From positions 512,001-576,000 of the forward strand of contig JAUVXV010000001.1 of NCBI GenBank assembly GCA_030603365.1: a stretch of DNA of 64,000 bases, given 5' to 3'. Both the position numbers and the translations under genes were made by a program. Source of the DNA: Candidatus Heimdallarchaeota archaeon. Its GTDB lineage: Archaea; Asgardarchaeota; Heimdallarchaeia; Heimdallarchaeales; Heimdallarchaeaceae. The notes beneath the pieces are model-generated. The model searched no databases. It saw only the letters and a list, made by a program, of their open reading frames with translations, and was not told the DNA's origin. Below are positions 17,647-26,293 of the stretch, piece by piece (positions within the stretch are counted from its first letter, which is position 1; the number at the start of each line of letters is the position of its first letter).

Positions 17647-18894
17647 TTGTCAGAAAATTTATTAGATCGAGTATTCAAGATTTCTCAATACATCAAAGAT
17701 GATGACTTTGACGTCCAGAATCAAGAATTCAGACGAGACCCTTGGACAATGGACCCTCTTGCAGAATTATATATTTCTTCTGAAAAACTCAATAGTCAAG
17801 TAGCTCGTTTAGTTCAGATTGTTAGTACTGGTAGCTCCATAAACTCAATTATAGGTGATATAAAATCTGGAAAATCATATTTGATGAATCTCCTGAAAGA
17901 AGGTTTGAAAGAATCTTTATGGAAATATACTGACTTCGATAAGATTCATGTTATATTATTTACCGAAGAAGACTTCAAAGAATACACCTTCACTAAATAT
18001 GTACAAAAAATCTCAGAAAGTGTGTTGAATAAGTTTTTCCCTACTAAAGAATTGAATACATATGAGCTACAAAATCATGTTAAAAATACTAACTCATTAA
18101 TTGTAGTATTATTAGATGATTTTATAGGAGATAAATTACGTGATATCTCCAGTGATACTGCTAAATTACACAAATCACTGAAAGGTAATTTTTCATGTAT
18201 ACTTTCTTTCAACGTAAATGACATGCCCTTGAGCTTATCCGGTTTAAAAGCAAAGGGATGGGATCATTTCACATATACTATAAGAATTCCAGAGCTATCT
18301 TTAATGGAAGCAAAAAATCTCATTCGTTCTAGAATGTGTTATGCTCTGAATAAAACCTCATTTAGAGTCACTGAAGTGTTCTCCGAAAGTGCAATTGAAA
18401 GAGCTTGGAGTACCGCCAAAGGTAACCCGTGGATTTTAATTTCTATCCTCTCAAATGCTTACTCTTACTCTTTAAAGAAAGGATCGAGAACTGTAAGGGA
18501 AATTGATGTATCTGAAGTTATTGATCTCTTTTCACCATCAACTGTTCAAGATGGTCTCGAAGATCATGATAGGTTTATGATACAACAAGCATTAAACAAC
18601 TTTCCTTATAGAGAAAGACAAGTTTGTGAGTTTCTTATGCATCAAAATGCAACAGCTAAAGAGATAACCATTCATCTGTACGGAGAACTTCCCTCATCAG
18701 AATATAGAAGCAAGTACATGGGAACAAAGAGTTTTCTTAAAAGATTAAAAGACAAAAATGTAGTTGTTATTACTGGTGAGAAAGGGAGATCTTTATTATT
18801 TGGATTAAATCCTAAAATGAAAGAAAGGTTGACTCAAGTAACTAGTAAAAGTCAGCAGAGCATTTCTGATGAACAAGAATCTATCGCATTTTAA
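17647..18894 (+). CDS. AAA+ ATPase (AAA_22/ExeA- or Cdc6-like) with C-terminal winged helix
   Basis: GDIKSGKS Walker A; VVLLDD Walker B-like; lid FSESAIERAWSTAKGNPW; C-terminal RERQVCEFL...TAKEI...LKRLKDKNVV wHTH pattern. Confidence 0.65.
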   Translation: MSENLLDRVFKISQYIKDDDFDVQNQEFRRDPWTMDPLAELYISSEKLNSQVARLVQIVSTGSSINSIIGDIKSGKSYLMNLLKEGLKESLWKYTDFDKIHVILFTEEDFKEYTFTKYVQKISESVLNKFFPTKELNTYELQNHVKNTNSLIVVLLDDFIGDKLRDISSDTAKLHKSLKGNFSCILSFNVNDMPLSLSGLKAKGWDHFTYTIRIPELSLMEAKNLIRSRMCYALNKTSFRVTEVFSESAIERAWSTAKGNPWILISILSNAYSYSLKKGSRTVREIDVSEVIDLFSPSTVQDGLEDHDRFMIQQALNNFPYRERQVCEFLMHQNATAKEITIHLYGELPSSEYRSKYMGTKSFLKRLKDKNVVVITGEKGRSLLFGLNPKMKERLTQVTSKSQQSISDEQESIAF

Positions 18895-18917
18895 AATAAA
18901 GAAAAAGAAATGAAAAA

Positions 18918-20078
18918 TCATTTCTTAGAAATTGCTTTGAAAAATGAAATTATTTTTAGGATTATATACGCAACTAGTAAGTTGACTAATAGTAGACTAG
19001 TAAACTCAGTGAAGATTGCAATTACAGTAGGCATTTCCAGGTAGAATAGCGCTTCAGCATTTAGGCCAACAATCACTTGATAACTTAAAAATAGGCTAAC
19101 AAGTAAAGGAGCAAGGTTAAGAATTAAAAATGGTCCTTCAAAATTGAAACTCATAGTATCTGTTGTACCTTGTGCTCTTTTATAAACAATAAATCCTAAT
19201 GCAATTCCAAATACGAACCCTACAATAGGTAAAATGTAAAACACATTTATGTATTTAACAACAGCAAAATTACCAGAGGGTAATTTTGAAAAGATCATGT
19301 TCATGAAATTAGTGTTTGTGGCTCCATAGATTACCGTTGCATCTGCTTGTCCATACTGACCACCTAACATATATGATATTACCATGAAAGCCACTCCTCC
19401 TGCAATTGTCAAGAAGATTAGAATTTGGCCAATAATCTCATGTTTATTTGTGGTAACGGTAGTAGATACTCTCTTACGAGAAATTATGATAAATACTAGC
19501 ATATATATTACAGAAAATATCGCTACTACCGTATCATAAACTGGAAATCCACCAACAGATTCACCAAAAGCTATTCCCAAATTTGCATCATGAAAAGCGA
19601 CGTGAGCGTAATTTAAACTCAGGTACATACTTGTTCCAGCACCTATTAAACCTTGTAAACCGTATATTATACCGATTAGTAAGAGTGCAGTTCTTCCTGT
19701 CATTTCAATGGTTGCAAATAATCCAGCAAACAAAGATGTGACAAGATAGATGATGATGATTGCCCATAATCCTGAATTAAATAAATTGCCTATCTGGGTT
19801 TCATAAGGATTATAGAATGCTAGTATAGCTGCTGTGGCAAAGAAAATTGACGACACTATATTTTTTGCTACTGCAGAACCTATCATTATGACAGCTAGAG
19901 TGAAGACAATTGTTGCAGGAGTAATCCAACTTTGTATAAGAGGTATATTTAGAATCCCTAGCCATGGAAGAACAAATTCAGTAACTGCTATGAGACCTAC
20001 GCCTATAACAGTTGTAAGTAGTGCTCTAAGGCTAAAAAATTGTCCAAGATGAAAGAATTTTGTTTCAGTCATATACAT
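18918..20078 (-). CDS. Polytopic membrane protein (about 10 TM), unknown function
   Basis: Long ORF dominated by hydrophobic helices; start at 20078 or 20072. Confidence 0.75.
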   Translation of the reverse strand: MYMTETKFFHLGQFFSLRALLTTVIGVGLIAVTEFVLPWLGILNIPLIQSWITPATIVFTLAVIMIGSAVAKNIVSSIFFATAAILAFYNPYETQIGNLFNSGLWAIIIIYLVTSLFAGLFATIEMTGRTALLLIGIIYGLQGLIGAGTSMYLSLNYAHVAFHDANLGIAFGESVGGFPVYDTVVAIFSVIYMLVFIIISRKRVSTTVTTNKHEIIGQILIFLTIAGGVAFMVISYMLGGQYGQADATVIYGATNTNFMNMIFSKLPSGNFAVVKYINVFYILPIVGFVFGIALGFIVYKRAQGTTDTMSFNFEGPFLILNLAPLLVSLFLSYQVIVGLNAEALFYLEMPTVIAIFTEFTSLLLVNLLVAYIILKIISFFKAISKK

Positions 20079-20162
20079 CGTTCTCTTTGTTATATTAAAC
20101 GTTCTTAACAAATGTTATAACTTATGTTAAAAAAAAGATTGTGTTGGTATTAATGATAAAAA

Positions 20163-20543
20163 CTATCTTCTAAAGCTGTCTCCAACAGACATCAAAGTTG
20201 CTCCTATGTAGGTTATTAAGCCCGAAAACGCAGCAATAAGGATAACCCATATGCCTGGAATGACTCCATTAAGCGCTTCATAGTCTCTTTGCCAAATTGC
20301 TAGGAAAACAGATAGCAAAATAAGAGCTGCGAGCATAAATCCTGTGAGTGTCAAATAAGCATTCTTTTCTGCATCTTTAAATGAAGCAGAAACTGATCCT
20401 AATGAGAAACCACCAATGATGCCAATACCAAGGTAGAATAGAAACCACCAGTAACCTTCAGTCAATTGTACGATTGAAATAATAACTCCAAAAATACCTA
20501 TAGCTGTTAAAGCTCCTCCTAAAAATGCAGCAGGTCGAGGCAT
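20163..20543 (-). CDS. Small 4-TM membrane protein
   Basis: ATG start, four hydrophobic segments, same strand as neighbours. Confidence 0.75.
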   Translation of the reverse strand: MPRPAAFLGGALTAIGIFGVIISIVQLTEGYWWFLFYLGIGIIGGFSLGSVSASFKDAEKNAYLTLTGFMLAALILLSVFLAIWQRDYEALNGVIPGIWVILIAAFSGLITYIGATLMSVGDSFRR

Positions 20544-20617
20544 AATATCATCTCTATTTTTTTAACACCTTGCTTGCTATATTAATATTTCTAAATTAAT
20601 TGGAGGGACTTCAACTA

Positions 20618-20872
20618 CTAACAAGCAACTGTAACCTTCCATGTTTTTAACCCTAATTCTATCTCAAAGTAGAAGAAAACTAAAGCTCCGAAAGCAACTG
20701 TAAAAAATTCAGCAAGGAACTTACCAACTCCATAAGATGACATTACACCTGTTGAACGTATAGGTGAACCTTCAGAAGTCTCAATTTCAGCAACAATATT
20801 TTTTTGAGAGAGACAGCGTTTAAAAAATCTTCTGCAAAAATTACATCGGCGTTTAATCCTCAAAAACATCAA
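20618..20872 (-). pseudogene. Possible degraded FtsX/MacB-type permease fragment (or spurious ORF)
   Basis: RSTGVMSSYGVGK-FLAEFFTVAFGALVFF resembles the FtsX-domain pattern REIGxMxALGAxK...FLxE followed by a TM helix. It lies directly downstream of a LolD-type ATPase that otherwise has no permease. Confidence 0.3.
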
Positions 20873-20954
20873 TAATTTCAGATAATCACACAGCGATTTA
20901 TGTTTAGAGTAATATCATAAAACTCTGAGTAAAGACCTTTCTGATTGTAAGAGA

Positions 20955-21689
20955 TTAACTACTTAGTATGTCTTCTTCAATAGTACCATCATTCATAATT
21001 AGTTGTCGCTGAGCTAATGATGCAAGATTTATATCATGGGTGACAAAAATGAGGGTTTTCTTATTCTTTTCACTCAAATCAATAAGCAAATGAAGAATCT
21101 TTTTTCCAGTATTCGAATCTAAATTTCCTGTAGGTTCATCAGCTAAAATTATTTCTGGTTCATTTGCAAGAGCTCGAGCAATTGCTACTCGTTGTTGTTC
21201 TCCCCCAGAAAGTTGCTCTGGCTTATGACTTCTTCGTTCTAGTAATTCAACGCTCTCTAATAGTTCATTAACACGATTCAATCTTTCTTCTTTATCCACA
21301 TTTGCGAGGATTAATGGCATCTCAATGTTTCTCTCTGCATTTATTTCCTCTAGTAAATTGAAATTTTGAAAAACATAACCAATTGTATCTCTTCTTAGTA
21401 AACTTAGCTCTTTATCTGACATTGTTGCAAGTTTAGTTCCATTGATGCTAATGGTACCTGAATCAACATAATCAAGTGCACCGATTAGATTTAGTAATGT
21501 AGTTTTACCACTTCCAGAAGGTCCAACAATAGAAACAATTTGACCTTTTCTAATTACTAATGATACATCATTTAGAGCTTGAACTTGAATCTCTCCCATT
21601 TGATACCTCTTAGATACTTTAGTTACAGTAATTATTTTTTTAGCTCTAGAAGATTTAGGTCGCTTACTTCCTTCTTTTGAAGTGGTCAT
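20955..21689 (-). CDS. ABC transporter ATP-binding protein, LolD/MacB(SalX) type
   Basis: [49 protein letters not shown]. Confidence 0.95.
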   Translation of the reverse strand: MTTSKEGSKRPKSSRAKKIITVTKVSKRYQMGEIQVQALNDVSLVIRKGQIVSIVGPSGSGKTTLLNLIGALDYVDSGTISINGTKLATMSDKELSLLRRDTIGYVFQNFNLLEEINAERNIEMPLILANVDKEERLNRVNELLESVELLERRSHKPEQLSGGEQQRVAIARALANEPEIILADEPTGNLDSNTGKKILHLLIDLSEKNKKTLIFVTHDINLASLAQRQLIMNDGTIEEDILSS

Positions 21690-21711
21690 TTATTATCTTA
21701 TAAAATTCAAC

Positions 21712-22038
21712 TTATTTTTGTGTATCGATAGGAAATCGCTCTTTCATTCTTTCAATCTCTTCATGCCAAGCATCTTCCAAATCGATTTTCATGTATATAC
21801 ACAGTTGAAGGAAAAGTGAAAAAGATTGTGCGAACTCTCTTGGTAGTTCCTTTTTTTCTGGTCTTTTATGCCCTACGTCATCTTTGTAGTTTGATTTGAA
21901 AAGTAAGTAATTTCCTATCTCACTTAGTTCCTCATAAAGATGAAGTAAAACATCATTTGCTGAGAACTCTAACCAATTTCGTTTTTCAAGAAAATTATAA
22001 AACCTCTCTTGGATTTCTTTTAGTTCCATTAGTATCAC
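21712..22038 (-). CDS. MazG-like all-alpha NTP pyrophosphohydrolase
   Basis: RNW...LLHLYEELSEI...ELPREFAQ...IDLEDAW pattern. The usual EFAD Asp is Gln here. Confidence 0.7.
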   Translation of the reverse strand: MILMELKEIQERFYNFLEKRNWLEFSANDVLLHLYEELSEIGNYLLFKSNYKDDVGHKRPEKKELPREFAQSFSLFLQLCIYMKIDLEDAWHEEIERMKERFPIDTQK

Positions 22039-22042
22039 TTCT

Positions 22043-24118
22043 TTATGCTTCGTATTCTTTTAACGTTCTTTTTGTTGTTTTTGTTTTACAAACTGGACAC
22101 TCTTGTTTTATCCTCAACCACTGGTTCATATGATCTTTATGTGCAACATTTTCACAAGTAGGACATTCAAGGATGGTGTCACCTCTTTTAACTAGACCTT
22201 GACAAACAGAACACTTTGGAGGTAATTGTTGACAATTGTTACATGGATCGTATGCTGATTTAATTTCATGACCACAATTCAAGCATAGGTTCTTTCTAGA
22301 AGGAAGAAGAAGTTTTCCAATTTTCTCAAAGTAGGATGATGTGAGAGTACCTTTATAGTAACCTTGAGATATTAATTGACATATTAGTTTAAACAAATCT
22401 AATGGATCCATATTTGTCTTATCAGCAAGAGTTGAAATCTTTATTTTCTTCTTACGTATTTTTTCGATTTCATTCACAACTTTAATGTAAAAATCCCCTA
22501 GTTCTTGCAATTCTAAGCTGGGTAGATATTTTTGATGTGTGTTTAAACTCACTAAAGAACCTCTTAGAGAAACATTGAGAATACCAGATCCAACTAACTC
22601 ATAGATTATGTTCTTAACTGCAATCTCAGATTTTTCCCAATATTTCATGATATTCCGAACCGATGTACGGGAATTAGCTATAATGTACCCAAATATTTCT
22701 TGATAATGTATAGGAAGATCAGTTAATTGTACTAATGGGGGGAAAATCGGAATTTCATCAGGTTCTAAACGATTATTTGAGATTGTCCCTTTAATCAAAC
22801 CTTTACCATAGAAACCATACATTTTCTCCTTTGCATTATATTTGTCGATCCCTAAAGATTCTCCTATTTCTTTTGTCGTTATTTGTGTTTTTGCTATAAC
22901 CATCCCAAGTACAATTTTTTCCCATCTCTCCAAAGTTCCCTCTTGTGTTCTACTATATCGTTTTAAACTATCAATATATACAGTATTTCCTCTTAAAGTG
23001 CAAGAAACAAATCCTTCCAGATGTAGTGTTATAATTCCATCCAATACTTCTTCTACACCTCTATTCATTAAAACAGATAATTTTTTCAAAGGCATTCTGT
23101 CTTGTGTAGAAAGTAATCCAAATAATGCTTCATAGTTAAACAATGAAAGAGATGCCATCTCCTCAATTGTTTCAGTTGGTTTAAGGTCAGGGAAAACTAC
23201 TGGAACGACTTTATTGTTCTCATTGAATATGAATTGAAAAGTCCCTCTAGCAGTAAGAAAGGCTAGTATCTGTACAACATCTTTTGATTCTTTGCTGATA
23301 TAAATAGCTAATTCTTTGATACTGACCTCTTTTTTGATTAATGTAAATCCTACTAAATCTCTTTCTTCACCAGTTAATGCACCCATGGGTAAAATTCTAG
23401 GTGCAATAAGATACTTGTTAATATTAATTGATAAACGATCTGAACCTAATAGGGTTTTTGAGTATCTGAATTGAGTTTCTAATTTTCGGTAGTACATCAG
23501 TGTGGTAATTCTTTCTAAAACCTGATTCTCAGTGAACCCAGTAAGTTTGGCAACTCTTGCTAAGTCTGCGTCTCGAAGCATCATACACGTACCAACTATA
23601 AAAGTGTCATCAGAAGAAATTTTTATTTTTTCTGTTGGTTTCCAGACAAAACTTGCTATGAATTCATCATTTTTGAGTACTCCTACTAATACTCCTTTAC
23701 TAATCAAATAAGACAGATTTTCAATAATTTCTGCTTTTGGAATACGAAGTATTTTTGACAATTCACCTATATTTGTTTTTTTGGTCTGGGCTAAAAGACC
23801 AAGAACTGATTTTCTATTAGAGCTTAATCTACCTGGGTTTATAGATGGATATCTATAAATTGATGCAAGAATGAATCTGTTCTTTCTATAATATCCTCTA
23901 ATGATTAATGCTTGAATTAGGAGCTGAATATATTCTTTGATGGATTCTTCTGGAATTTTATAAGAGTCCGAAAACGAGGATAGATTAATTGTTCTGTATG
24001 TGTATAAATGAGAAAGAATCTGAGATTTTTTAGTTTTACTAAGAGAAATCTCAGGAAGTTCAAGTTCCTGAAAATTTAAATTGTAAACATCCTCTCTTTC
24101 AAAACTCAGTTCTTTCAC
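22043..24118 (-). CDS. Tandem winged-helix (PCI-like, ~8 repeats) + Zn ribbon + RING finger protein; putative E3 ligase
   Basis: Eight ~70-aa repeats ending in L-x-x-x-G-x-[LI]-x-G-x-[LI]-like wings; CLNC-x10-CNNC; CSVC-x12-CPTC-x4-H-x2-H-x3-W-x6-CPVC. Confidence 0.75.
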   Translation of the reverse strand: MKELSFEREDVYNLNFQELELPEISLSKTKKSQILSHLYTYRTINLSSFSDSYKIPEESIKEYIQLLIQALIIRGYYRKNRFILASIYRYPSINPGRLSSNRKSVLGLLAQTKKTNIGELSKILRIPKAEIIENLSYLISKGVLVGVLKNDEFIASFVWKPTEKIKISSDDTFIVGTCMMLRDADLARVAKLTGFTENQVLERITTLMYYRKLETQFRYSKTLLGSDRLSININKYLIAPRILPMGALTGEERDLVGFTLIKKEVSIKELAIYISKESKDVVQILAFLTARGTFQFIFNENNKVVPVVFPDLKPTETIEEMASLSLFNYEALFGLLSTQDRMPLKKLSVLMNRGVEEVLDGIITLHLEGFVSCTLRGNTVYIDSLKRYSRTQEGTLERWEKIVLGMVIAKTQITTKEIGESLGIDKYNAKEKMYGFYGKGLIKGTISNNRLEPDEIPIFPPLVQLTDLPIHYQEIFGYIIANSRTSVRNIMKYWEKSEIAVKNIIYELVGSGILNVSLRGSLVSLNTHQKYLPSLELQELGDFYIKVVNEIEKIRKKKIKISTLADKTNMDPLDLFKLICQLISQGYYKGTLTSSYFEKIGKLLLPSRKNLCLNCGHEIKSAYDPCNNCQQLPPKCSVCQGLVKRGDTILECPTCENVAHKDHMNQWLRIKQECPVCKTKTTKRTLKEYEA

Positions 24119-24208
24119 CCCAAGTAGTAATTCTTAATATGATATCGTGACTTATTAAAGTTACTTTATTCAAAATAGAAGATAGATAAAGAGAGGTGTA
24201 GAAAACAT

Positions 24209-25513
24209 CTATGTTCTTTCTAGATACTTCTCGTATTCCCATTCCCACTCTTCAGTTTCTCCCTCATTTTTTGCTACTTCAAATTCTTTACATTCTTTTC
24301 TTTTTACAGAAATGAAAATATTGAGAAGCTCTTTCCCTAGCACTTCTTTAACAAATGCACTTTGCTCTAAAGCATCTAAAGCTTCAGAAAGACTTTCTGG
24401 TAACTTAGTTATACCCATATCTTTTCTTTCTTGCTCTGAGAGTTCTTCAATATTTTTTGTTGTTGGTTCAATGGGTTCTATCTTGTTTTTTATCCCATCC
24501 AATCCCGCTGCTAGAAGCAAAGCTGAAGCTAAATAGATATTTGTTGCTGCATCAGTAGCTCTAAATTCAATTCTAGCGCTCTTTTCATACCCAGGGACAC
24601 GTACCAATGCGGTTCTATTTGCTATCCCCCACGATTTATATACTGGAGCTTCATGCCCTGGAACTAATCGTTTATAGGAATTAGTTATAGGATTAAAGAT
24701 TGCAGTCATTGCATCTACATGCGCCAAAATTCCACCTACAAAATACCTAAGAGTATCACTTATTCCTTTTTCTTCATCCGAAAAAATATTTTTCCCATCT
24801 TTGGCTAGATACTGATGTATATGAAGCCCATTTCCCGCTAGATCTGGAAAAGGTTTGGGCATAAAAGTACCAATAACATCATTAAATAAAGACTCTGCTT
24901 TTATAATGAGTTTTGCAGTTTGAGTATTATCTGCCTGAACTAATGCTTCGAAAACCATAAATTCTATTTCCTGTTGACTATTTCCTACTTCGTGATGAAT
25001 AGTTTTTACTTTAATTCCCATGTCTTGCATATCACAAGCAATATTCCTACGTAAATATCCTAATTCGTCAAAAGGTAATGTGTCCATATATTCTCCTTCC
25101 TCAAAAGGAATAAGATCATAATCTAGAAAATACCATTCAAGCTCTGGTCTAGTTTTATATTCAAAACCTAAATCTTGTGCTTGCTTGATGACTTTTTTCA
25201 GGATGTTTCTAGGATCGGTAGGGTGAGGATTATTATCGTTTCCAAAGATATCACAAATAAGCCTAGCAACTCTTGGTTCCCAGGGAAGAACAGCAATTGT
25301 ATCATAATCTGGAACAATTTTCATGTCACTCTGTTCGGTTAACAAAAATCCAAGAGATGAACCATCTACTCCTGTTCCTTCTTTCATATGTTCCCATATC
25401 TCTGCTGGAAATTCTACAGATTTTAATTCCCCAAGTACTGTTGTGAATTGAAACTGAACAAATTCGATATCATTTTTTTTAAGAAACTCTTCAATATTAC
25501 TCATCACTCTCAT
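24209..25513 (-). CDS. glnA: Glutamine synthetase type I
   Basis: DGSS, PELEW, HHEVG-QQEI, FMPKP...GNGLHIH, NSYKRLVPGHEAP, NRTALVRVP, RIEFR. Confidence 0.93.
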   Translation of the reverse strand: MRVMSNIEEFLKKNDIEFVQFQFTTVLGELKSVEFPAEIWEHMKEGTGVDGSSLGFLLTEQSDMKIVPDYDTIAVLPWEPRVARLICDIFGNDNNPHPTDPRNILKKVIKQAQDLGFEYKTRPELEWYFLDYDLIPFEEGEYMDTLPFDELGYLRRNIACDMQDMGIKVKTIHHEVGNSQQEIEFMVFEALVQADNTQTAKLIIKAESLFNDVIGTFMPKPFPDLAGNGLHIHQYLAKDGKNIFSDEEKGISDTLRYFVGGILAHVDAMTAIFNPITNSYKRLVPGHEAPVYKSWGIANRTALVRVPGYEKSARIEFRATDAATNIYLASALLLAAGLDGIKNKIEPIEPTTKNIEELSEQERKDMGITKLPESLSEALDALEQSAFVKEVLGKELLNIFISVKRKECKEFEVAKNEGETEEWEWEYEKYLERT

Positions 25514-25633
25514 CCATGTAATTTGTTGGTAAGAGATAGGAATTTGGTTGATTTAAATAGTTTTTTGAAAGTCTCTTATGGTATGATTTATTATTAATTC
25601 ATTTTCGACAATTATTTAAATTGAATAGCGGTT

Positions 25634-26203
25634 GTGACAAAGAGGATAATGAAAACTCCAACAAGATATTGGGTGACAACTGGCGTAGGTGAATCAGATG
25701 TGTCAATGCTAACTGCAATTGATAAAGCTTACCTGGATAGTGGTCTTGGATATCAGAATCATGTCTCTGTATCTTCAATTCCACCTGTGAACAAGATTAA
25801 TCCAAGAATAGATAGAGATCAAGGCATTACCTTCGTCCCCTTAAATGATGAATGGAAAAAGATTCCTTTTAGTGAAGTTATTCATGTAGTAAGGGCACAG
25901 AATATAGGTTCCAGAGGAGATAATCTTAACAGTTGCATTTCCTTAGCAAAGATTGATGTTGTCATTAATGGAGAGAATCACCAGAGTTTACTAGCATATG
26001 AAAGTACGGGAGACAATCTAAATGATATCGAACAAGAGTCTCTTGCGGGATTGAAGGCTATGATAAAAGAAAGAGAAGCACAAATTGATGAAACATGGGG
26101 AAACACTGGATATGAAACAATAAGTTCTTCTTTAACAATAAGTAAGAAATATGGCTGTTCTGTAGCCTTTGTGGTATTCGATCCTTTTACCTATAATTGT
26201 TGA
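25634..26203 (+). CDS. pdaD: Pyruvoyl-dependent arginine decarboxylase family protein
   Basis: TPTRYWVTTGVGES...AIDKAYLDSGLG-QNHVSVSSIPP with the Ser-Ser autocleavage site. The C-terminal half is divergent. Confidence 0.7.
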   Translation: MTKRIMKTPTRYWVTTGVGESDVSMLTAIDKAYLDSGLGYQNHVSVSSIPPVNKINPRIDRDQGITFVPLNDEWKKIPFSEVIHVVRAQNIGSRGDNLNSCISLAKIDVVINGENHQSLLAYESTGDNLNDIEQESLAGLKAMIKEREAQIDETWGNTGYETISSSLTISKKYGCSVAFVVFDPFTYNC

Positions 26204-26293
26204 AATTTATCAACAGAAAATATTAAGCAATAGAAATAAAGCTTAAAAATAGTTTTAAATACCACTATCCAAGCAACACTCAAGTGAAGAGAT

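Noticed and set aside
20720-20790. SSYGVGKFLAE read as the YxxxK motif of an NAD-dependent epimerase relic
   Set aside because: No Rossmann motif in any nearby frame. A permease-relic reading fits the context better, and even that is low confidence.
24209-26203. GlnA as a gamma-glutamylpolyamine synthetase because it is divergent from arginine decarboxylase
   Set aside because: The ammonium-site motifs of true glutamine synthetases (DGSS Asp, PGHEAP flap Glu) are retained, and no other polyamine-catabolism genes are nearby.
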